Shown here: piece after piece, positions 39,283-49,700 of the stretch
Numbering within the stretch: position 1 is the first letter of the stretch
Layout of the letters: every line of letters begins with the position of its first letter
From: Acidimicrobiales bacterium
GTDB taxonomy: Bacteria; Actinomycetota; Acidimicrobiia; Acidimicrobiales; Salinilacustritrichaceae
NCBI GenBank assembly: GCA_041618235.1
Contig: JBFJNI010000003.1
Coordinates: 7,253 to 71,252 of the forward strand
Length of the DNA stretch: 64,000 nt
Reading direction: 5' to 3'
The notes under the pieces: model-generated
Database searches by the model: none
Told to the model about the DNA's origin: nothing
Seen by the model: the letters and a program-made list of their open reading frames with translations, nothing else
Made by a program: the position numbers and the translations under genes

Positions 39283-40272
39283 TCAGGTCCGCGGCTGCAG
39301 CGATCGCAGCTGCATCGTGTACTCCTCGTGGTACCGCACGTCGCCCGAGGGTCCGGTCGACGTGCCGTCCAGCAGCGAGACCCGTCGCAGGGTCAGCCCG
39401 GTCTCGGGGTGCACCCAGGAGTCGATCTCGGAATGGGCCCGGCTGTCACCGGTGACGTCGCTGACCGAGCGGATGCGTCGGGCGCGCACGGTTCGACCGC
39501 CGATCACGAGGTCCTCGTCGGCCAGCACGGTCACGACGTTGCGGGCGTCGGTGTCCGGATCGGTGCAGCGATGGCGGTACTCGGTGCCGACCGGTGCGTC
39601 CGTGGAGAAGGCCACCGCGCCGGCGTCGCAGGTGAGGCGACGGGTGTCGGTCTGACCGAAGAACGATCGGGACGACTCGTACCACTCGATGGCATGGGTG
39701 GTCGCCGTGGCGCACACGCTCCGTTCGTCGTAGCGGCCGTCGAGGGGCTGCCACCGCTCGCGCAGCCCACAGCCGCCGTGCGTGATCGTGAGTGTGGTCT
39801 GGTCGGGGTACTCGTGCCGCGCGCCGCCGAGTGCGTCGAGCCGCTCGTGACCCGAGGTGTCGTAGCTGTAGACGCCTTCGGCGGGTCGAGCCGGGGTGCC
39901 GGGGGTCGGGATCGGGTTCGATGTGCGGTCACCTCCGTCGGCGGGTCCGGCGGTGGTCGGAGGGGGACCGTCGGCACCGCTGCTGTCGGGGGTCGCCGAG
40001 TCGGGTCCCTCCGTCTCCTCGCCGCCCCCATTGTCGGTCGTCCCTTGTCCACCAGCGCCCGTGTCGAGAGGCGATGACGTGGCGGTGGTGGGGGTGGTGC
40101 TCTGGCGTGTGGCGCGGAACGCCTCCACCGCGGCATCGGCCGTGACCGGGCTGGTCGAGTCGTTGGCGTGGAGGACGGAGATGCCACCGGCGACGACCAG
40201 GTCGAGCGCGATGACGACGGCGAGGAGGCGGCGGAGCCAGGACTGCAGCGCGGAGTTCGACGAAAGTGGCAC
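39283..40272 (-). CDS. Hypothetical secreted/membrane-anchored protein with a Thr/Pro/Gly linker and a Cys-containing beta-rich domain
   Basis: TM helix RLLAVVIALDLVVAGG, low-complexity linker, then GVYSYDTSG... domain. Start uncertain. Confidence 0.65.
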   Translation of the reverse strand: MPLSSNSALQSWLRRLLAVVIALDLVVAGGISVLHANDSTSPVTADAAVEAFRATRQSTTPTTATSSPLDTGAGGQGTTDNGGGEETEGPDSATPDSSGADGPPPTTAGPADGGDRTSNPIPTPGTPARPAEGVYSYDTSGHERLDALGGARHEYPDQTTLTITHGGCGLRERWQPLDGRYDERSVCATATTHAIEWYESSRSFFGQTDTRRLTCDAGAVAFSTDAPVGTEYRHRCTDPDTDARNVVTVLADEDLVIGGRTVRARRIRSVSDVTGDSRAHSEIDSWVHPETGLTLRRVSLLDGTSTGPSGDVRYHEEYTMQLRSLQPRT

Positions 40273-40371
40273 ATTTGGGACAGTACATTCGAGGTCGTCC
40301 GAGGTGAGAAACTGTCGGACGCACCCGTCCGTCTCCCCCTTCCCCCTGATCAGCACCACGGAGCGTCATCG

Positions 40372-41235
40372 ATGAGCACCGCCACCGCTCGAGAGGTCCC
40401 CACCCGACGGGTGTCGTTCGAATACCCGCTCGCCGACCTGCCCCGCCACTTCGCCGCCGACGCCGACCCGGTTCGCAGCCATGTCATCGCGACGCTCTCC
40501 GCCGTGTTCCCGAACGGCGAGGACTTCTTCGTCCGTTCGGTGCGGAACTACCGCAAGGACATCACCGACCCCGCGCTCGCGGAGCAGGTCAAGGGATTCA
40601 TCGGGCAGGAGGCCATCCACGGTCGCGAGCACCGCGAGCTCAACGACCGGCTCGACGAGCTGGGCTATCCGACCAAGACCATCGACCGGTGGGTCGACAA
40701 GAGCCTGAAGCTCCGTGAGCGCATCGCCCCCGCCTCGGCGAACCTCGCCCTCACCGCCGCGCTCGAGCACTGGACCGCCACGTTGGCCGAGGTGTTGATG
40801 ACCGACGAGGAGGTGCGAGGGTCGATCGGACACCCCGAGGTCACGTCGCTGTTCATGTGGCACGCCCTCGAGGAGTCCGAGCACAAGGCGGTGGCCTTCG
40901 ACGTGTACAAAGCCGTCGGTGGAAGCGAGCGGATCCGGGTGTGGACCATGCGTCTCATCAACGCCGGCTTCCCGATCTTCATCCTGCTCACCACGCTGGT
41001 CTCGCTCCTCCGCGACCCGGTTGCCCGACGCCAGCCCCGCAAGGTCTGGCAGGGATGGAAGCGGCTCCGACGGTCGTCACTGGTGAGCCGGGAGATGCTC
41101 GACAAGCTGCGCGAGTACAACCGGCCGGACTTCCACCCCGACGACCGCGACACATCGGCCCTGGTCGAGCAGTGGCGCGACGAGCTCTTCGGCGAGTCCG
41201 GAACGCTCACCGACCGCCTGCCCAGCGCCGGCTGA
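40372..41235 (+). CDS. Predicted metal-dependent hydrolase (diiron-like EXXH motifs)
   Basis: FPNGEDFFVRSV, QEAIHGREH, LEHWTA and WHALEESEHKAVAFDVY. Confidence 0.88.
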   Translation: MSTATAREVPTRRVSFEYPLADLPRHFAADADPVRSHVIATLSAVFPNGEDFFVRSVRNYRKDITDPALAEQVKGFIGQEAIHGREHRELNDRLDELGYPTKTIDRWVDKSLKLRERIAPASANLALTAALEHWTATLAEVLMTDEEVRGSIGHPEVTSLFMWHALEESEHKAVAFDVYKAVGGSERIRVWTMRLINAGFPIFILLTTLVSLLRDPVARRQPRKVWQGWKRLRRSSLVSREMLDKLREYNRPDFHPDDRDTSALVEQWRDELFGESGTLTDRLPSAG

Positions 41236-41288
41236 GCTCGCCTCCTCCGGCCCCAGGACCCCGCAAGCACGACCGGTAGCGTGCGCGG

Positions 41289-42725
41289 GTGCGCGCGCCC
41301 ACCTACAAGGTCGCGGTGACGGTCGTCTATGTCCTCGGACTCTTCATCCAGATCCTCGACGCCACCATTGTCAACGTGGCGCTCCCGACCCTCGCCGACG
41401 AGTTCGGCGTCGAGGTCACCGAGGTCGAGTGGGTCGTGGTCGGCTATCTGCTCGTCCTGGCCAGTGCCATACCTGCCGCCGGCTGGCTGAGCGACCGGTT
41501 CGGCTCGAAGCGCGTCTTCCTCGGCGCGCTCGTGCTGTTCACGCTCGCCTCGGGTCTGTGTGGCGCCGCCGGCTCGCTCGACCAGCTGATCCTGTTCCGC
41601 CTGCTCCAGGGCCTCGGCGCCGGCCTCATCACCCCGGTCGGGTCGGCGATCCTGTTCCGCGCCTACCCCGTCAGCGAGCGGGCCACCGCAGCGGCGGCGG
41701 TCGTCGGCGTGGCGGTGATCGCACCGGCCATCGGGCCGGCGCTGGGGGGCATCATCGTCGACACGATCTCGTGGCGATGGATCTTCTACGTCAACTTGCC
41801 GATCGGCGTGGCCGCCATCACGTTGGGCGTCCTCTGGTTGCGTGAGCAGGTGGTCGAGTCGGCCGGCCGCTTCGACGCCGTCGGTCTCCTCCTCGCCAGC
41901 GGCGGCCTCGCCGGCCTGCTCTACGGCCTCTCGCTCGGACCCGACGAGGGGTGGTCGTCGCCGAGCACGCTCGCCGTGCTCGGCGCGTCGGTCCTCGCCT
42001 TCATCGCCCTCGTGATCGTCGAACTCCGCATCGCCGAGCCGATCCTGCACCTGCGGCTGTTCACCGAGCGACTGTTCCGGATGACCAACCTCGCCGGTCT
42101 GTCGATCTACGCCGGCTTCCTCGGTCAGGTCTTCCTGTTCACGCTCTACCTGCAGGACCTGCGAGGGGTCTCGGCGACCGGTGCCGGCTTCACCCAGGCT
42201 CCCCAGGCCGTGGGCGTCTTCGTGATCTCGAATCTCGCCGGTCGTCGCCTGTACGTGTCCGTCGGCCCCCGACGGCTCATGTTCACCGGCGCCGCCGGCA
42301 CCGCCGTCTTCACGGCGTGGTTCGCCCTCACCGACACCACCACGCCGCTCGGTGTCCTGGCCGCCATGAACTTCTTCCGCGGCGTGGCCATCGGTCTGGT
42401 CTTCGTCACGATCCAGACGGCCACCTACGCCCGCATCTCCAACGAGGACACCGCGCGGGCGACCACCTTGTTCGCCGTGCAGCGTCAGTCGGCCAACGCC
42501 ATCGGCGTCGCCATCGCGGCCACGGTGCTGGCGTCGCTGGCCCCGACGGCCGGGCTGAGCGCTGCCGCGTCGGCGGCCGAGGGCCTGTCGGCGTACCGCA
42601 CGGCGTTCGTGGCCATCGCTCTGCTCTTCGTGCCCGGGATCATCGCGTCGTGGTTCATCCGCGACGCCGATGCCGCCGCCACTCGTGGGCTCGAGGTCGA
42701 GCCCGCTGCTCAGCGCTCGCGGTAG
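41289..42725 (+). CDS. DHA2 (EmrB/QacA) MFS efflux transporter
   Basis: LDATIVNVALP, WLSDRFGSKR, GPALGG and WIFYVNLPIG. Confidence 0.92.
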   Translation: MRAPTYKVAVTVVYVLGLFIQILDATIVNVALPTLADEFGVEVTEVEWVVVGYLLVLASAIPAAGWLSDRFGSKRVFLGALVLFTLASGLCGAAGSLDQLILFRLLQGLGAGLITPVGSAILFRAYPVSERATAAAAVVGVAVIAPAIGPALGGIIVDTISWRWIFYVNLPIGVAAITLGVLWLREQVVESAGRFDAVGLLLASGGLAGLLYGLSLGPDEGWSSPSTLAVLGASVLAFIALVIVELRIAEPILHLRLFTERLFRMTNLAGLSIYAGFLGQVFLFTLYLQDLRGVSATGAGFTQAPQAVGVFVISNLAGRRLYVSVGPRRLMFTGAAGTAVFTAWFALTDTTTPLGVLAAMNFFRGVAIGLVFVTIQTATYARISNEDTARATTLFAVQRQSANAIGVAIAATVLASLAPTAGLSAAASAAEGLSAYRTAFVAIALLFVPGIIASWFIRDADAAATRGLEVEPAAQRSR

Positions 42726-43555
42726 TCGCCGAAGCTCCGGTCTCGATCGCTCAGCGCCTCGCTCACGCCCTTCTCGGCGAACGAGCGCATGTACTCCTTG
42801 GACGACCGCTGGTGGAAGCCCATGGCCTGGATGTCGGCCGTGGCTCGGATGCCGGAGCGGATGCCGGCCGCCTCCATGGCCCGGTGCGCGGCCCGCTTGT
42901 TGAGCGCGAGCAGGTCGGGAGGGATCCGGGCGACTCGCTCGGCCATGACGAGCACGGCGTCGTCGAGCTCCTCGGCGGGATGGGCTCGGTTGGCCATGCC
43001 GGCCTCGACGGCTTCGGTCCCGGACATGGCGTCGCCGGTCAGCAGCGCTTCCATCCCGCGCCGGAGTCCCATGAGCCACGTCTGCCACTGCATGTCGGGC
43101 GGCGACATCAGCCGGACGGGTGGGTAGCCGATCTGGGCGTCCTCGGCGACGTAGACGAGATCGCACGCGGCGGCCAGCTCGGTGCCGCCGGCGAGGCAGT
43201 AGCCGTGCACCTGCCCGATGATCGGCGTCGGCATGTCCCACATCTCGAACCAGTTGCCGACGACATGGCGGCTCCACCACCCGTCGGCCGGTGCGGTGGA
43301 CCGCTCGATGTCGGTGTTCGGCGACCCGAGGTCGTACCCGGCCGAGAAGCAGGGGCCGGCGCCGCGTATGACGATGACGGAGACCGCCGGATCGTGGTCC
43401 GCCCGACGGAGCTCGTCGAACAGGCGGCCCCGGAGCGCGTCGTTCAGGGCGTTGCGTTTGGCGGGCCGGTTCAGCGTGAGCCGTCGCACCTTCGGTCGCG
43501 GGTCGTCCACCAGGACGACCTCGGCACCGGAGGCGGCTGGCTCGTCGCTGGTCAT
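42710..43555 (-). CDS. Enoyl-CoA hydratase/isomerase family protein
   Basis: LNRPAKRNAL, FSAGYDL and GYCLAGGTEL. Confidence 0.9.
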   Translation of the reverse strand: MTSDEPAASGAEVVLVDDPRPKVRRLTLNRPAKRNALNDALRGRLFDELRRADHDPAVSVIVIRGAGPCFSAGYDLGSPNTDIERSTAPADGWWSRHVVGNWFEMWDMPTPIIGQVHGYCLAGGTELAAACDLVYVAEDAQIGYPPVRLMSPPDMQWQTWLMGLRRGMEALLTGDAMSGTEAVEAGMANRAHPAEELDDAVLVMAERVARIPPDLLALNKRAAHRAMEAAGIRSGIRATADIQAMGFHQRSSKEYMRSFAEKGVSEALSDRDRSFGDYRER

Positions 43556-43579
43556 GCGCAGACTCTAGGAACCTGCGGG

Positions 43580-44467
43580 TCAGGCTGCGTCGGCGACCTC
43601 GATGCGGGCGCGGGCGGCGTGCTGGTCGATGGCGTCAGCGATCTCGCCGAGGCGCGGGGCGGGAAGGTCGTGGCCCATGTCGCTGAACATGAGCAGGCGC
43701 GAACCGGGGATCGCCTCGGCGGTGGCGATGCCACCGCTGGGCTTCACCAGCGGATCGACGAGGCCGTGGATCACCAGCGCCGGGGTGCCGAGCCGGCGGA
43801 GTCCCGGCGTCCGGTCGGCGCTGGCCATGATCGCGGCGGTCTGCCGGGCGACGCCGCCCGGGGCGAAGCTCCGGGCCACGGCAGCTTCGGCGAGCGGGCG
43901 GTACGCCGCGGGATCGAAGTGCGGGCCACTGATGAGCTGGAAGGTCTCGACGGCCTGCTCGACGGCGTTGGCCCGTGTCGCCTCGGGACGGCGAGCGAGC
44001 TTGGCCAGCACCGGGAGTGCAGCGCCGCCGCTGCCATCGCCGGGGTTCGACATGATCGAGGTCAGCGTGCGGACCCGGTGCTCGTGGCGGATGGTCAGGG
44101 CCTGCGCGATCATGCCGCCCATCGACACGCCGACCACGTGGGCGGACGAGATCCCGAGAGCGTCGAGCAGGCCGGCGGCGTCGTCGGCCATGTCGTCGAC
44201 GACGTACCCGGTGGCCACCGGGCGGCGGAACAGCCGTCCGAGAAACGCTCGCAGAGGCGACGGCGGCTCCCACTCGCACTGCGAGCTCAGGCCGATGTCC
44301 CGGTTGTCGAAGCGGATGACCTCGTAGCCACGGCGACACAGGTCGTCGACGAGTTCGACGGGCCACGCCGTGAGCTGACCGCCGAGTCCCATGATCAGCA
44401 GCAGCGGCTCACCCGACCCGCTCCGCTCGTACTCGATGGTGATCCCGTTGACGTCGACCGAAGGCAT
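43580..44467 (-). CDS. Alpha/beta hydrolase (lipase/esterase)
   Basis: FDNRDIGLS, GVSMGG nucleophile elbow, HGLVD and MGHD. Confidence 0.92.
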   Translation of the reverse strand: MPSVDVNGITIEYERSGSGEPLLLIMGLGGQLTAWPVELVDDLCRRGYEVIRFDNRDIGLSSQCEWEPPSPLRAFLGRLFRRPVATGYVVDDMADDAAGLLDALGISSAHVVGVSMGGMIAQALTIRHEHRVRTLTSIMSNPGDGSGGAALPVLAKLARRPEATRANAVEQAVETFQLISGPHFDPAAYRPLAEAAVARSFAPGGVARQTAAIMASADRTPGLRRLGTPALVIHGLVDPLVKPSGGIATAEAIPGSRLLMFSDMGHDLPAPRLGEIADAIDQHAARARIEVADAA

Positions 44468-44488
44468 TCGGACATTCTGCCCGTCCCG

Positions 44489-45187
44489 TCACAGGCCGAT
44501 CGACTTCGCCATCGCCGTCGCCGCCGCCACGAAGAGCGCTTCGTGCTCGGTCACGACGCCCCGGGTCTGACTGAACACCTCGAAACTGAGCAGCCCGAAC
44601 AGTTGGGTCCACGCCAGCAACGTGGCCACGAGGACCTCGTCGTCGACGTCGAGATCGATGAGGCCGCGCAAGCGCTCGAGGTCGGCGACGAGGGTGGGTG
44701 GGAGGTCGACCTGCACCGTGGGTGTGAGGGTGGAGCGTTCCGCTGCCTCGCGCACCACTCCCACCAGGGCGAGCGAGACGCGGGTGCCGGGCGCCGAGGT
44801 CTCTTCGGGGGCCTGGTAGCCGGGCACCGGTGTGCCGTACACGAGGGCGTACTCGTGTGGGTGCTCGTGCGCCCACCGCCGGATGGTGCAGGCGACCTCG
44901 ACCCATCGGTTGTGGGGCGCCTTGCGGCGTGCGTCGAACGCGGCCTGTTCGGCGACCTCGCCGAGCGAGTCGTACGCATCGATGATCAGGAGCGTGAGCA
45001 GCTCGTCGCGGCCGGCCACGTACCGGTAGACGGCGGATGACGCCATGCCGAGGGCCCGGGCGACGGCGCGCAGCGAGAGCGACGCGGCGCCGTGCTCGCC
45101 GAGCTGACGGCGGGCCTCGGCGACGATCTCGTCGGTGACGGCGGCTCGGGCTCTGGCTCTCGCCGTGGGAAGCGCGGCATCGGTCAT
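44489..45187 (-). CDS. TetR/AcrR family regulator with WHG-type C-terminal domain
   Basis: LSLRAVARALGMASSAVYRY and LAWTQLFG. Confidence 0.92.
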   Translation of the reverse strand: MTDAALPTARARARAAVTDEIVAEARRQLGEHGAASLSLRAVARALGMASSAVYRYVAGRDELLTLLIIDAYDSLGEVAEQAAFDARRKAPHNRWVEVACTIRRWAHEHPHEYALVYGTPVPGYQAPEETSAPGTRVSLALVGVVREAAERSTLTPTVQVDLPPTLVADLERLRGLIDLDVDDEVLVATLLAWTQLFGLLSFEVFSQTRGVVTEHEALFVAAATAMAKSIGL

Positions 45188-45217
45188 CGGGCGTGATGGT
45201 AACAGCGCTCCGAGATG

Positions 45218-45282
45218 AGAGCACTGCTCTTGACAAGCGTCGCTCGTTGGTGTTCAGTGCTCTGAAACGAGAGCAGTGCTCA
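45218..45282. promoter_or_regulatory. TetR-type palindromic operators and a sigma70-type -35 in the divergent promoter
   Basis: AGAGCA-C-TGCTCT at 45218-45230, AGAGCA-G-TGCTCA at 45270-45282, half-site TGCTCT at 45258, and TTGACA at 45230-45235. Confidence 0.75.
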
Positions 45283-45300
45283 CAACGAAGGGAATGACCG

Positions 45301-45777
45301 ATGACCGTCACCGAAACCCGCACTCCGCACTACGTCCCGCCGTCGTGGTTCACCCGAAGCGTGTTCAACCGCTTCGTGGCCTGGTCGACGCGGCGTGGCC
45401 TCAGCCTGTGGGGCTCCAGGGTGCTCGAGGTCCGTGGCCGCAAGACGGGCGAGTGGCGGTCGGTGCCGGTGAACCTGCTGACGCACGACGACTCGACGTA
45501 CCTGGTGGCGCCGCGCGGCGAGACGCAATGGGTGCGCAACCTCCGCGTCGCCGGCGAGGGACGGCTGCGCGTCGGTCGACGTCGCTCGACGTTCTCGGCC
45601 CGCGAGATCGACCCGTCCGAAGCTCTCGAGGTCCTTCGCGCCTACCTGAAGCGGTGGAAGTGGGAGGTCGGTCAGTTCTTCGACGGCGTCGGCCCGGATG
45701 CGTCCGAGGCGGAGCTGGCGGCGGCAGCCGTCCGCCATCCCGTGTTCGCGGTCACGATCGGTCGAGCCGTCAGCTGA
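45301..45777 (+). CDS. Deazaflavin (F420)-dependent nitroreductase family oxidoreductase
   Basis: LEVRGRKTGEWRSVPV and WVRNLR. Confidence 0.88.
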   Translation: MTVTETRTPHYVPPSWFTRSVFNRFVAWSTRRGLSLWGSRVLEVRGRKTGEWRSVPVNLLTHDDSTYLVAPRGETQWVRNLRVAGEGRLRVGRRRSTFSAREIDPSEALEVLRAYLKRWKWEVGQFFDGVGPDASEAELAAAAVRHPVFAVTIGRAVS

Positions 45778-46666
45778 TGCGCTGCACCGCGTCGGCGAGC
45801 GCCGAGGCTTCGATGCGGTGCCCGTCGAAGTGCTCCCACGGGTCGGCGGCCAGGCTGCCGAGGCGACGGAAGAGGCTCCGCAGCGGCGTCGAGCCGGGCT
45901 GCCACGATGCGTCGATCTCGTCCCACCGCAGGGGGATCGCGACGGGCGCACCGGGCTTGGGTCGCAGCGTGTAGGGCGCCACTGCGTGCTGGGCCGGCGC
46001 GTTGCGGAGCGTGTCGACGAAGAGCCGGTCGCCGCGGTCCTCCTTCGAGAACTCGACGGTGAGCAGGTCGGGGTGACGCGCCGCCAGGATCCGCCCGAGG
46101 TGCGAGCCGAGCGCGCCGACGGCGTCGAAGCCGGCATTGCCGAGCAGCGGGAGGTGCACGTGGACGCCGCGTGACCCCGTCGACTTCACGAAGCCCACGA
46201 CGCCCATCTGATCGAGGAGGTCACGCACTGCGTGCGTTGCCTCGATCACCTGCGACGCGTCGCCGATCGACGGGTCCAAGTCGATGAGCAGCTCGGTCGG
46301 TACGTCCGGTCGTTCGGCCGAGCCGCCGAGCACATGGACGGAGATGGTGCCCTGGTTGACCACGTACCGCAGCGCATCGGCCGAATCGATGACGGGATGT
46401 CGCACGGTGCCGCCGCCGCGCTTGGGCAGCTCGACCGTCGGGATCCAGTCGGGGAAGTGCTTCGGTGTGTGCTTCTGGTACCAGCCGTCCCCGTCGACGC
46501 CGTCGGGGAAGCGCTGCAGCACGGCTGGGCGGTCGGCGATGAGCGGGATCATGCGGTCGGCGATGCGGCCCGCGTACTCGAACAGGTCGGCCTTGGTGAT
46601 GGCGGGGTGGTCGTCGACCGACGGGAACAGGACCTTGTCTGGCTTCGTCAGCCGCACCTCGGGCAT
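45770..46666 (-). CDS. Stand-alone LigD-type primase-polymerase domain protein
   Basis: PDKVLFP, RFPDG, YQKH, IDLDP, STGSRGVHV, FVDTLRN and VAPYTLR. ATG at 46666. Confidence 0.88.
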   Translation of the reverse strand: MPEVRLTKPDKVLFPSVDDHPAITKADLFEYAGRIADRMIPLIADRPAVLQRFPDGVDGDGWYQKHTPKHFPDWIPTVELPKRGGGTVRHPVIDSADALRYVVNQGTISVHVLGGSAERPDVPTELLIDLDPSIGDASQVIEATHAVRDLLDQMGVVGFVKSTGSRGVHVHLPLLGNAGFDAVGALGSHLGRILAARHPDLLTVEFSKEDRGDRLFVDTLRNAPAQHAVAPYTLRPKPGAPVAIPLRWDEIDASWQPGSTPLRSLFRRLGSLAADPWEHFDGHRIEASALADAVQRIS

Positions 46667-46748
46667 CTGTCTGAACGTACCCGTCACGGGCCGGCGTCAT
46701 CCCAGACGGTGACGTCCACGTCGGGTCGACCGCGAGGAACTCCGCCGG

Positions 46749-49700
46749 TCAGCGCATGTGTGCGCCGCGGCGCCGCTGACGGCGGGCGGTCTCGGTGAGG
46801 CTGAACCCGGACAGCAGGAACAGGCCGGCGGCGAGCAGGAGCAGCCCGAGGTCCGCGCCCGTCACCGGCAGCGTGGCGGGCGGACGTCGGACCACGACGT
46901 CGGTGAGGACGATCGAGATCGTGACCGAGTCATCGTCGGTCACCTGCTTGCCGAGCACGTCGCTGCCGGTCGCGGTCGCCACGTTCACGAGGTCCTGGTC
47001 GGCTTGGACGAGGTCGTCCTTGGTGAGGGTCACCGACTCGCCCGGCTCGAGGACGTCGATCGTGCCGATCTCGCCGAGCTGGTCGTCGACCACCACCACG
47101 TCGAACAACGTCGTGTCGCCGGTGTTGGTGACGATGTAGGTGAAGGTGATCGTGTCGCCGGGGTTCGGCCCGAGGTCGTCGACCGTCTTGACGATCTCGA
47201 TGGCGGGGTCGATGAGGTCGACGACGTGGTCGTCGGCGTCCTCGGTCGTCCGCTCCCGCTCGTCGATGCCGACCGCAGTGGCGGTGTTCGGCAACGGGTC
47301 CGGATCATCGCTCGTCACGACGTGGGTGCAGGTGTAGACCCACGCCTCGTCGACCGCCAGCACCGTGTCACCGTCGGCATCGTCGACCAGCTCCATGGTG
47401 TCGTCGTCGCAGAGCGGGTCGGTGAGGACGACCCCGACCAGGTCGGCCTCGCCCGAGTTCGTGACCACGATCGTGTAGGTGACCTCGTCGCCGACATGGG
47501 CGAAGGACGGGCCGGTCTTGTCGACCGTGATGCCGAGCGGGCACAGCACCAGCACCGATGCCTCGTCGGAGTCGACCGGAGGACCGTTCCCGCTGTCGGC
47601 CGCCGCCTGGTTCGTGAGCAGGCCACAGTCGCTGATGCCCGTGGTGGCGACGACGTGGATCTCCACGCTGCTGCCGGCATCGAGGTCGCCGAGCTCGCAG
47701 GTGAGCCGGCCGTCGGCGATGGCGCAGCCCTCGACCGCGGGGTCGAGCGTCCATTCGAGGCCCAGCGGCAGCTCGTCGGTCACGACCACGTCGGTGGCGA
47801 CGCCTTCGGGCGGGGGCACGCCGTCGTCGACGTTGGAGACGACGATGGTGAACCCGATCTGGTCACCGGCATCGATCACGGTGTCGTCGGCGACCTTGGA
47901 GATGTTGAGACCGGGGCAGAGCACCGTGGTGGCATCGTCGGCCTGGACCGGCTGGTCGTTGGAGGCATCCGCCGTGGCCGTGTTCTGGTACGTGCCGCAG
48001 TCGTCGTCGCCGGTGGAGGCCACGACGTGCACCGTGAACTCGGCGAGGGCCGGCAGCGACCGCGGTGTGCACGCCAGCGTGCCGTCGGTGATGGCGCATC
48101 CGTCGACCGCCGGCGCGAGCGACCACGCGAGTCCGGCCGGGAGCGGGTCGGTGAGGATGACGTCGTAGGCCGTGCCCGGGCCGTCGTTTCGGACCGTGAT
48201 CGTGAACCCGACGTCGGAGCCGGCGCTGACCGTGTCGTCGTCCGCCTCCTTGGTGATGTCGATGTCCGGGCACTGCACCGTGATGTCGCCATCGGCGCTG
48301 ACCTGGTCGTCGTTCGATGCGTCAGCGACGGCGGTGTTGTCGAGCAGGCCGCAGTCGCTCTGGTCGGTGGTGGTCACGAGGGTGATGGACACCGAGTCGC
48401 CGGCATCGAGCTCGTCGAATGCGCAGTACAGCGTGCCGTCGGCGACCGTGCAGCCTGGGACCGCCGGGTCGAGGAGCCACGTGAGGTCACCCGGGAGGTC
48501 ATCGGAGACGGTGACGTCGTAGGCGGTGCCCGGCCCGTCGTTCCCGACCACGATCGTGAAGCTCGCTGGGTCACCGGCGTTGACCACGCCGCCGTCGGGC
48601 GTCTTGTCGATGGTGAGATCAGGGCACTGGACCGTGATGGTGGCGCTCGCTTCGTTGTTGCCGTCCAGCTCGGGCGCTTCGTTGCCGGAGCTCACGGTGG
48701 CGGTGTTCGGCAGATCGCCGCACGCCGTCGGCGTGGTCGTGGCGACCACCGTGATCTCGATCTCCCCACCCGGACCGAGGTCGCCGAGCTCGCAGGTGAG
48801 GGTGCCGCTCTGGATGGCGCAGCCGGTGACGGCGGGGTCGATGGTCCAGGACAGGGTGCCGGGCAGTTCGTCGACCACGGTGACGGCGGTCGCCGTACCC
48901 GTCTGGTCGTTGTTGCTCACCATCAGGGTGAACTCGGCCACGTCGCCTGCGTTGATCGTGCCGTTGCCGGTCTTGGTGATCGAGACGTCGGGGCACGAGA
49001 CCGTGACCGTGTCGGCGTCGGTGTTGTTGGCGGTGTCGACGGCGCGCTCGTTGGTGGCGCCGACGACGACCGAGTTCCGGACCGTGCCGCATTCGCCCGT
49101 GTCGGTCGGGCCGGAGATCCGCACCGTGGACGCACTCTCGCCTGCGGCGATGTCGCCGAACGAGCAATCGAGGACGCCCGACGCGATGGAGCAGGCAGCC
49201 GTGTCGTCGACCGTCCATGCCACACCGCTCGGGAGCGTGTCGATGAGCGTCACGCCCTTGGCAACGGCGTCGCCGATGTTGCTGACCGTCAGGTCGAAGG
49301 CGATCGTGTCGCCGGCGTCGATGGCGTCGTCGACCGCCACCTTCTCGACCACGACGTCGGGGTAGATGATGTCGACCAGGTGGGTGTCCCTGTCGGTGAC
49401 CGTTCGACCGAAGGCGTCGGTCCCGGATGCCTCCGCCTCGTTGGGGAGCGGGTCGGGGTCGGAGAACGTGACGGTGTGATCACAGGTGAAGGTCCACGTC
49501 TCGCCGACCTCGAGCCAGGCGTCGTCGTCGCCGCCGGTCTTCACCGGCCCGGACAGCGGGGTGTCGCACCGGCCCTCGGTGAGCTCGGTCACCGTCACGT
49601 CCTCGAGCGGGGGACCGTTGGTGGTGACGCCGAAGGTGTACGCGAACGTGTCACCGACGGTGGCGGTGTCGGGCCCGCTCTTGTCGAGGGTGATCTGCAG

